A stretch of 64,000 nucleotides of DNA, from assembly GCA_963810015.1 (NCBI GenBank), contig CAWEMC010000019.1, forward strand, positions 3,530-67,529, read 5' to 3'. Shown piece after piece: positions 57,110 through 64,000 of the stretch. The DNA is from an uncultured Solirubrobacterales bacterium. GTDB taxonomy: Bacteria; Actinomycetota; Thermoleophilia; Solirubrobacterales; Solirubrobacteraceae. How positions within the stretch are numbered: the first letter of the stretch is position 1; each line of letters begins with the position of its first letter. The translations under genes were made by a program, and so were the position numbers. The notes under the pieces are model-generated. The model was not told the origin of the DNA. It searched no databases and saw only the letters and a program-made list of their open reading frames with translations.

Positions 57110-57336
57110 GCTACGTGCTCCCGTTCGCGCTCGGCCTCCTCGGCCGAGCTGTTCGCACGTGCCTCGGACTCGCGGCGCAGCTCGCGAAGCTCGCGCTGGG
57201 TGCGGCTCAACCTGCGAGCCATGATCGAGACGTAGATGAGCACGAGCGCGAGGAACACGATGTAGGCCCCGGCGACGTACTTGCCGGCCGAGTGCAGAGG
57301 CAGCGCCGGCGCCACCGCGATCAGGAACGCGCTCAT
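57106..57336 (-). CDS. ccmD: CcmD-like small membrane protein
   Basis: 76 aa; YVAGAY hydrophobic helix plus charged tail; overlaps the ccmC stop and the hemA start. Confidence 0.7.
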   Translation of the reverse strand: MSAFLIAVAPALPLHSAGKYVAGAYIVFLALVLIYVSIMARRLSRTQRELRELRRESEARANSSAEEAEREREHVA

Positions 57337-58076
57337 GAGGGGGCCGCGCTCCTTCCCAGCGGCCGGAGCCCGTCCTCGCCGAGCATCGCTCGGCGGGCGC
57401 GCCGCAGCTGCATGCGGGCGTCCTTGGCCGTCATCTCGAACTTCCACAATGTCACGAACAGGAGCGCGATCCCGACCAGCGACACGACGAACGTCAGCCG
57501 CATCGCCCCCGGCAGGTTGCCGCCGGTCAGCGTCAGCACCCGGGGATGGACGTACTGCTGGGCCAGACGGACGGCGATGAAGTTCAGCGGCACGAACGCG
57601 CCGGCGACGATCGCGAACACGCTCGCGTACGTGGCCTGGCGCTCGGGGTCCTCGATCGAGAACCGCAGCGGCTGATAGGTCGCGAACAGCAGGATCACGA
57701 TCAGGTAGGAGACGAGCGTGGGCTCGTTCCAGACCCACCAGTGGCCCCACGACGCCTTGGCCCAGATCGAGCCGGTGATCAGGCCTCCGACGGCGAAGAT
57801 CAGCGACATGTGGATGGCGACGTAGGAGCGCATGTCCCAGCGCGTGTCGCCGGTGCGCAGGTAGCCGATCGCGAACAGGCCGCCGGCGATGAATCCGCAC
57901 AGCGAGACGATCGCAAGTGGCACGTGGATATAGAAGATCTTCTGGATGAAGCCCTGGTTAGCGTCGAGTGGCGCGTAAAAGAAGACCAACGCCAGCGCGA
58001 GCGTGATCGTCGCGACGGTGGCGATCGAGAGGCCGTACAGACCACGGCCATAGGTGTTGGCTGATCTAGTCCTCAA
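57333..58076 (-). CDS. ccmC: Heme exporter / cytochrome c biogenesis protein C
   Basis: IFYIHVP, ITGSIWAKASWGHWWVW (WWD), VHP; start codon unclear (TTG 58076 used). Confidence 0.92.
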   Translation of the reverse strand: MRTRSANTYGRGLYGLSIATVATITLALALVFFYAPLDANQGFIQKIFYIHVPLAIVSLCGFIAGGLFAIGYLRTGDTRWDMRSYVAIHMSLIFAVGGLITGSIWAKASWGHWWVWNEPTLVSYLIVILLFATYQPLRFSIEDPERQATYASVFAIVAGAFVPLNFIAVRLAQQYVHPRVLTLTGGNLPGAMRLTFVVSLVGIALLFVTLWKFEMTAKDARMQLRRARRAMLGEDGLRPLGRSAAPS

Positions 58077-58737
58077 GGAGGAAGTCAAATAGCCCGTACG
58101 CGAGCAAGGCGAACACCAGATCATAAAGAGCCAGCACAGCCAGCCACTTGCCTGGAGGCGAGCCCGACGTGTGCGTCCTCAGCAGCGGACCGGTGGCGCG
58201 AGCGGTCGCGATCAACGCCGGAATCAGCAGCGGTAGCCCGATCACGGGTCCGATCAGGTCGCGGGCCCGGGTGTGAACCGCGATCGCTGATACGAGCGTC
58301 CCGATCACGGCCAGGGCCAGATCGGCGAGCGCCAGGACCGCGATCAGGCCGAGCAGCGGCGGGCCGAGGGACGGCCCGAGTAGCAGCAGCCCGAAGGCGG
58401 GGACCGCGATCACTTCGAGCAAGGCGAGAAACAGGAAGAGCGCCGTCGCCTTGGCGATCAGCATCGCCGTGCGATCGACCGGAGCCAGCAGGAACGCGTC
58501 GAACCCGCCCTGCTCGCGCTCGGCCACGAACAGTCGGTTGACGGCGAGCATCGACGCGAACAGCAACGTCGCCGTCAGCACCCCGGCGGCGAGCTGACCC
58601 TCGATCGTCTCCCGATTGAGGGCGAAGTGGAAGATCACGAACGTCGCGAGTGAGAACAGCACCATCGCGGGCACCGTCTCCAGCGTCCGCAGCTCGAGGA
58701 GCAGATCCTTGCGCAGGACGGCGGCGGCGGCCCTCAC
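58066..58737 (-). CDS. ccmB: Heme exporter protein B
   Basis: LRKDLLLELR, F..EREQG..D..LLAP, LPLLIP. Confidence 0.92.
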   Translation of the reverse strand: MRAAAAVLRKDLLLELRTLETVPAMVLFSLATFVIFHFALNRETIEGQLAAGVLTATLLFASMLAVNRLFVAEREQGGFDAFLLAPVDRTAMLIAKATALFLFLALLEVIAVPAFGLLLLGPSLGPPLLGLIAVLALADLALAVIGTLVSAIAVHTRARDLIGPVIGLPLLIPALIATARATGPLLRTHTSGSPPGKWLAVLALYDLVFALLAYGLFDFLLED

Positions 58738-59420
58738 CGGTAGAGCTCCGCGAGCTGGGCATCGTTGACCTTGGCCGCGTCGGAGACGATCAGAGCCCGC
58801 CCCGCCTTGAGCCCGAGCACTTGATCGGCCTCGGTGAGTGCCGCCTGCGGGTCGTGGCTGGTGATCACCCGCGTGCATCCGCTGGCGCGACCGATCAGCG
58901 GCTCGAGGAGCTGGGCCGCCGCCGGGTCGAGGTTCGCGCGCGGCTCGTCGAGCAGCAGCAGCGCGGGCCCGTGCAGAACCGTCCGGCAGACGGCGATCCG
59001 CTGCACCATCCCTCGAGACAGCAGCCTGACGGGCTCGTCCGCGTATCCCTCCATCCCCACGGCGCCGACCAGCTCCTCGACGCGGTCGCGGCCGACTCCG
59101 TGGAGGCTCGCGTGGTAGCGGAGGTTCTCGCGCGGGGTCAGATCGCTGTACAGCAGCGGCTCGTGGGCGAGGAGCCCGAGCCGCCCTCGCACCGCGAACG
59201 CCCGGCGAGGCAGCGGCTCCCCGAACAGCGAGAGCTCGCCGCCGTTCTGACGCAGGAGCGTCGCGAGGATCCGCAGCAGCGTCGACTTGCCGGCGCCGTT
59301 GCGTCCGAGCACGGCGAGCGTGGCCCCGGCCGGTACTGCGACCGACACGTCTCTGAGGGCCGTCCGCTCGCCGAAGTGACGGGTCAGGCCCCGCAGCTCA
59401 ATGGTCGGAGTGTCGGCCAC
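58734..59420 (-). CDS. ccmA: Heme ABC exporter ATP-binding protein
   Basis: GRNGAGKSTLLR, LT.RENL, LSRGMVQR, LLLDEP; directly upstream of ccmB. Confidence 0.9.
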   Translation of the reverse strand: MADTPTIELRGLTRHFGERTALRDVSVAVPAGATLAVLGRNGAGKSTLLRILATLLRQNGGELSLFGEPLPRRAFAVRGRLGLLAHEPLLYSDLTPRENLRYHASLHGVGRDRVEELVGAVGMEGYADEPVRLLSRGMVQRIAVCRTVLHGPALLLLDEPRANLDPAAAQLLEPLIGRASGCTRVITSHDPQAALTEADQVLGLKAGRALIVSDAAKVNDAQLAELYR

Positions 59421-59919
59421 CGGTCTCGTGATCAGCGCCGGCGCCGCCCCGCCCACCTTCGCGCTGGAGCGTCGCGACGACGTGCCGGAGCGTCGGCTCG
59501 ATCACTCCGAACAGCTGGCCGATCGCCTTCGGGTTGCCGGGGAAGTTGATGATCAGCGTTCGCCCGGCGATCCCCGAGACACCCCTGGTGAGGATTCCCA
59601 TCGGGGTGTACCTGAGCGACTCGGCGCGCATCGCCTCGGCGAACCCCGGCGCGTCGCGCTCGATCACGGCGCGAGTCGCCTCCGGCGTCACGTCGTCGTG
59701 GGTGAGGCCGGTCCCGCCCGTGGTGAAGATCAACGACACGTCGCCGCCGGCGTGGCGACGGAGCCACTGCTCGATCGCCTGCTGATCGTCGGGGAGCACG
59801 TCGCGCGCGACGATCTCGGCGCCCGCCGCCCGCGCCCGGGCCTCGAGCTCAGCTCCGGACAGGTCCTCGTTCGAGCCCGCCGCCACCGAGGTCGAGATCG
59901 TGAGAATCGCGGTCTTCAT
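59398..59919 (-). CDS. mog: MogA/MoaB molybdopterin adenylyltransferase
   Basis: ILTIS, LPDD, TTGGTG...DVTPEAT, INFPGNPKA. Confidence 0.93.
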   Translation of the reverse strand: MKTAILTISTSVAAGSNEDLSGAELEARARAAGAEIVARDVLPDDQQAIEQWLRRHAGGDVSLIFTTGGTGLTHDDVTPEATRAVIERDAPGFAEAMRAESLRYTPMGILTRGVSGIAGRTLIINFPGNPKAIGQLFGVIEPTLRHVVATLQREGGRGGAGADHETGGRHSDH

Positions 59920-59949
59920 GCGCCGCGAGCTTACGGGACGCGCGATCGC

Positions 59950-60438
59950 CTACCGGTCCTGGCGCCGCCACTCTCCCGAGCGCCCGCCGGACTTCTCGAG
60001 CAGCAACACCGGCCCGATCTCCGCCCCGCGTTCGACGCCCTTGACCATGTCGTAGACCGTCAGAGCCGCGACCGACGCGGCCGTCAGCGCCTCCATCTCG
60101 ACGCCCGTCGGTCCGGTCGTCCGCGCCTCGGCGGTCAGCACGATCGTCCCGGCCGCGCCGTCGACGGCCGCCTCGACCCCGACGAAGGACAGCGCGAGCT
60201 GATGACACAAGGGGATCAGCTCGGAGGTCCGCTTCGCCGCCTGGATGCCGGCGATCCGGGCCACGCCGATCACGTCGCCCTTCGGAGCGTCGCCGGCGAG
60301 CACGGCCTGGGCAGTCGCCGGGGAGATCGAGATGGTCGCCTGGGCCACGGCGCGCCGCTCGGTCGGGCCCTTCTCGCCGACGTCGACCATCCGCGCCCGG
60401 CCCGCGGCATCGAGATGGGTGAGCTCAGGCTGGGGCAT
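59950..60438 (-). CDS. moaC: Cyclic pyranopterin monophosphate synthase
   Basis: [39 protein letters not shown]. Confidence 0.97.
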   Translation of the reverse strand: MPQPELTHLDAAGRARMVDVGEKGPTERRAVAQATISISPATAQAVLAGDAPKGDVIGVARIAGIQAAKRTSELIPLCHQLALSFVGVEAAVDGAAGTIVLTAEARTTGPTGVEMEALTAASVAALTVYDMVKGVERGAEIGPVLLLEKSGGRSGEWRRQDR

Positions 60439-61162
60439 GCACGCGCTGCGCCGCCTCGATCAGATCGCGCACGGCGCCGACGTCGCCCGTCCGCAGCAGC
60501 TCGACCGGATCCGGCTCGCCGTTGACGATCGACTCGAAGAACTCCTTGCGGTCCTGGTAGGTGGGAAGCGTCGCCTTGGCCCAGCCCCGCGCATCGTTCA
60601 GCAGGATCGCGAGCACCGCGTAGGGCTCGCCGAACAGCTCCGCGATCTCGCGCTTCATCCGCTTCGCCAGCGCCGGCGAGGCGCCGGCGGTGGAGATCGC
60701 GACGGCGAGCGGGCCGGTCCGCACGATCGCGGGGAGGATGAAGTTGCACAGCGGTGGGACGTCGACGACGTTGACGAGCATCGCCCGCGCCTCGGCGTCC
60801 TCGAACACGCGAATGTTGGTGTCGGTGTCGCTCGTCGCGGCGATGGCGATCAGGCACCCGTCGAGATCGCCGGTCTGGTAGTCGCGCCGCTCCCACCTGA
60901 TCGAGCCCTCGAGCGCGAGTTGGGCGAGCTCGGGATGAGCCTCAGGCGCCACCAGCGTCACCTCGCCGTCGCACGCGAGCAGCCCCTCCACCTTCTCGAG
61001 CCCGACGTCGCCGCCGCCCACGACCACGCACCGGCGGCCCTTCAGTCGCAGACACGCGATGTAGAACGGCGTCTCGAGCATGTCCTGGACGCACGACTGG
61101 TCGCAGATGCCTTTGCGCAGCTGGCAGACACACTCCTTGCCCAGATAGGACTGTGCGGGCAT
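60425..61162 (-). CDS. sirC: Precorrin-2 dehydrogenase / sirohydrochlorin ferrochelatase (SirC/Met8/CysG-B type) with Cys-rich N-extension
   Basis: [42 protein letters not shown]; alternative start at 61081. Confidence 0.92.
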   Translation of the reverse strand: MPAQSYLGKECVCQLRKGICDQSCVQDMLETPFYIACLRLKGRRCVVVGGGDVGLEKVEGLLACDGEVTLVAPEAHPELAQLALEGSIRWERRDYQTGDLDGCLIAIAATSDTDTNIRVFEDAEARAMLVNVVDVPPLCNFILPAIVRTGPLAVAISTAGASPALAKRMKREIAELFGEPYAVLAILLNDARGWAKATLPTYQDRKEFFESIVNGEPDPVELLRTGDVGAVRDLIEAAQRVHAPA

Positions 61163-61286
61163 ACGGATAAGGGTAGACCGCCGCGTTGTTGGGCTCGCTC
61201 GCGGTTGTCACCCGGCGCGGCCCGGATCGGCGACGGCTCGGTATTTGGCTTTGAAGGAGGGAGGGTCGGGCCGCGATCGCGCCGGT

Positions 61287-61425
61287 CCAAAACCTGCACA
61301 GCACGACAATTCCGCCCCGAACGGCGAGCCCTGTCGAGCTATGCATAATGCATGAAGAGCATGCGTAATACGACAGGGCTCGGACCTGGCGCCGGTGTTG
61401 ACGCGCTATGCAGGTTTCCCGTGAC
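61287..61425. repeat. Nested-palindrome element, copy 4 (core only)
   Basis: Motifs 61295-61308, 61332-61345, 61362-61375, 61399-61412; core closely matches copy 3. Confidence 0.92.
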
Positions 61426-61506
61426 GGTCTCGACACACTCCGTCACAAACCCGTCACGTTCACCGGCTTGCGCGCCCGATCCGGACTCCGACGACAACCA
61501 ATCGCC

Positions 61507-63081
61507 CTACCGCCTGAGCGCGTCCCGCGCCAGGCGCGAACCCACCCTCGCCAGCGGCCCGATCCCCGCCCGCAAGGCGCCGGCGCGGATCGAAGGTCGC
61601 CCGTACAGGATCGTCGCCGCCTGGCGGAGCGCCCGGCCGAGCGTCTCGTCGTAGGGATGCCACCAGGCGTCGCGAACCGTCGATGGCTCCCAAACCCGCA
61701 GCTTGATGTTGACGCACTCATAGAGGCCGAACTTCGAGTGGGTGCGACCGAGCCCCGACTCCTTGACGCCTCCCCACGAGCACTGGCATGCCCCGTGACT
61801 GAACATGTGGTCGTTGATCCAGACCATGCCCGCCACGAGCTCGCGAGCGACGCGCTCCCCCTTGCTGCGGTCGGACGTCCACACCGACGCGCCGAGCCCG
61901 AACCGGGAGTCGTTGGCGAGCGCGACCGCCTCGTCCTCTGACTCGACGTCGATGATCGGGAGTACCGGCCCGAAGATCTCCTCGCGCATGATCCGCATCT
62001 CGTGCGTGACGTCGGTGAGGACCGTCGGGGCGTAGAACGCGCCGGTCAGCCCGGGCGGCGCCTCCACCGGTCCACCGCATCGCATCGTCGCCCCGGCGGC
62101 CACCGCATCGTCGACCAGCTCGCGTACGAGCTCGAACTGCTCGCGAGAGATCATCGGCCCGATCTCGGTTTCCCACCCGAGGGGATCGCCGACGCGAAGC
62201 CGCTGCGCGTCCGCGACGACGCCGGCGATGAACCGCTCGGAGACCTCGCGTAACACGTAGACCCGCTCGATCCCCGAACAGGTCTGACCGGCGTTGGCGA
62301 ACCCTCCCCACAGAGCGCCCGCCACCGCATGGTCGACGTTCGCATCAGGGAGCACCAACATCGGGTCCTTGCCGCCGAGTTCGAGCACCGACCCCTTCAG
62401 CCGCCGCGCGCACTCCTCCCCGACGCTGCGTCCGGCTTCCACGGAGCCGGTGAAGAACACCTTCGAAACGCTCGAGGAGACGAGCGCCGGACCCGTCTCG
62501 GGCCCGTGGATCACCCGTACCAGCCCCTCGGGGATGCCGGCCCGCTCGAACACCCGACGGATCCGCTCACCGATCAGTGGCGTCAGAGATGCCGGCTTGA
62601 GGACGACTCCGTTCCCGGCCATCAGCGCCAGCGCGACTTCGCCCAGTGGGATGCTCCACGGGTAGTTCCACGGCGAGATCACCCCGATCACCCCGAGCGG
62701 CTCGTACGTGAACGCGGAGCTCTTGGTCTTCAGGAACAGCTGGGGCATCGGGATCTTCTCGTCGGCGAGGAACTCGAGCCCGGCGCCGGCGATCCAGCCC
62801 AGCGCGTCGATCGTCGGGAGGATCTCCATCGTGAACGCCTCGGTCCGAGGCTTGCCCTGCTCGCGGACGATCAGGTCGCGGATCTCATCGGCCTCGTCGA
62901 TCACGACCTGCGCGGCTCGCTCGAGATAGCGCGCCCGATCTCCGAGCGTGAGCTGCGCCCAGAACGGTTGGACCTTGGCGACGGCCCGGACGACGGCGTC
63001 GACCTCATCGGGCGCTGTCACCGCGACGGCGCCGATCCACTCGCCGGTCGCCGGATTGAACGACTCGAGCCCGGCGCTCAT
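61507..63081 (-). CDS. Aldehyde dehydrogenase family protein
   Basis: ISPWNYP, VLKPAS, FTGS, LELGGKDP, NAGQTC, EEIFGP. Confidence 0.95.
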   Translation of the reverse strand: MSAGLESFNPATGEWIGAVAVTAPDEVDAVVRAVAKVQPFWAQLTLGDRARYLERAAQVVIDEADEIRDLIVREQGKPRTEAFTMEILPTIDALGWIAGAGLEFLADEKIPMPQLFLKTKSSAFTYEPLGVIGVISPWNYPWSIPLGEVALALMAGNGVVLKPASLTPLIGERIRRVFERAGIPEGLVRVIHGPETGPALVSSSVSKVFFTGSVEAGRSVGEECARRLKGSVLELGGKDPMLVLPDANVDHAVAGALWGGFANAGQTCSGIERVYVLREVSERFIAGVVADAQRLRVGDPLGWETEIGPMISREQFELVRELVDDAVAAGATMRCGGPVEAPPGLTGAFYAPTVLTDVTHEMRIMREEIFGPVLPIIDVESEDEAVALANDSRFGLGASVWTSDRSKGERVARELVAGMVWINDHMFSHGACQCSWGGVKESGLGRTHSKFGLYECVNIKLRVWEPSTVRDAWWHPYDETLGRALRQAATILYGRPSIRAGALRAGIGPLARVGSRLARDALRR

Positions 63082-64000
63082 CCGCGGCCCCGCTCCCGCC
63101 GGATCCGCTCGAACCGCTCGCGCAGCGCGGCCTCGGCGTCGTCGGGCTCGTAGAAGCGCGCGCCGATCGCCGCGTCGGGCAACAGCTCTTGAGGGGATAG
63201 ATGGCCCGGTCGCCCATGCGGGTTGTCGTACTGGCGATCGCTGCGCGTCGAGGACCGCAGGTGCGGCGGGGGCGGCTCGGCGCCCCGCTCGCGGATGTGG
63301 TCTCGGGCGGCGATCACCGCGCGCTTCGCAGCATCGGACTTGGGCGCGAGCGACAGGTAGATGGCGGCCTGCGCCAGGGCGAACTGGCACTCCGGGAGTC
63401 CCACGTGCTCGACCGCGGACGCGGCCGCCGTGGCCACGACCAGCGCCTGGGGGTCGGCGTTTCCGATGTCCTCTGAGGCGAGCACCACCATCCTGCGCAC
63501 GATGAACCGGGGATCCTCGCCGCCCTCGAGCATCACGGCGAGGTAGTAGAGCGACGCGTCGGGATCCGAGCCGCGGGTGGCCTTGATCCAGGCCGAGATC
63601 GTGTCGTAGTGGCGGTCCGCCTGGCGGTCGTAGAGCAGCGCCCGCCGCTGGAGCGCGTCCTCGGCGTGGGCGAGGGTGACGCGCTCGCCGACCCCGGCCG
63701 CCTCGCACGCCAGCTCGAGGCCGTTCAGCGCCGTGCGGGCGTCTCCGCCCGAGCGCTCGGCCAGGAACTCGAGCGCTTCGGGGTCGATCAGCGCCGGGTC
63801 TCCGCACTCGCCGCGCGCGACGGCCCGATCGAGCAACGCCCGGATGTCGACGGCCGTCAGCGCCTCGAGCTCATAGACGTGCGTGCGGGAGATCAACGCC
63901 GAGTTGACCTCGAAGTAAGGGTTCTCGGTGGTCGCGCCGATCAGCGTCACCAGACCCTCCTCGACGGCGGGCAGCAGCGCGTCCTGCTGGGCCTTGTTGA
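63078..64000 (-). CDS. rarA: Replication-associated recombination protein A (RarA/MgsA), 5'-truncated by the window edge
   Basis: NKAQQDALLP, LIGATTENP.FEVNSAL.SR, HYDTISAWIK..RGSDPDA, ASEDIGNADP. Confidence 0.95.
   Translation of the reverse strand, partial: NKAQQDALLPAVEEGLVTLIGATTENPYFEVNSALISRTHVYELEALTAVDIRALLDRAVARGECGDPALIDPEALEFLAERSGGDARTALNGLELACEAAGVGERVTLAHAEDALQRRALLYDRQADRHYDTISAWIKATRGSDPDASLYYLAVMLEGGEDPRFIVRRMVVLASEDIGNADPQALVVATAAASAVEHVGLPECQFALAQAAIYLSLAPKSDAAKRAVIAARDHIRERGAEPPPPHLRSSTRSDRQYDNPHGRPGHLSPQELLPDAAIGARFYEPDDAEAALRERFERIRRERGRG

Noticed and set aside
1-64000. tRNA, rRNA, known riboswitches, prophage genes
   Set aside because: No cloverleaf, rRNA-like tract, recognisable aptamer consensus or phage protein was seen by eye. 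A tRNAscan-SE or Infernal run would be needed to exclude them formally.

Overview
High-GC, gene-dense actinobacterial DNA. Gene content and pervasive leaderless-type starts suggest Thermoleophilia/Solirubrobacterales (inference). Layout: (1) 1-10.3 kb housekeeping and redox genes (aldo/keto reductase, F420 LLM, msrB, DedA, an OmpR-type two-component pair, an FN3-like secreted protein, ctaA). (2) 10.3-44.4 kb a large surface-glycan region: rfbC, paired RfbE-like SDRs, many GT2/GT4/TagA/GT-C enzymes, methyltransferases, a sulfotransferase-like protein, wzt-wzm and an O-antigen-ligase/TPR protein. It contains a decayed pocket (15.2-20.6 kb) and a 202-bp diverged direct repeat. (3) 44.4-53 kb dtd, galT, GNAT, TlpA, an SF2 helicase with an acidic VNTR tail, birA, DUF62, DUF3089. 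(4) 53.4-64 kb a minus-strand run rarA-aldehyde dehydrogenase-sirC-moaC-mog-ccmABCD-hemA-hemC-cobA/hemD. The most unusual signal is a non-coding nested-palindrome element present four times (~0.4, 9.1, 53.1, 61.3 kb). It is built from four copies of a 14-bp motif with conserved 23-bp spacers, and no mobiliser gene is visible in the window. No tRNA, rRNA, CRISPR array or intact transposase was seen. All product calls are from motif recognition by eye, not database searches.
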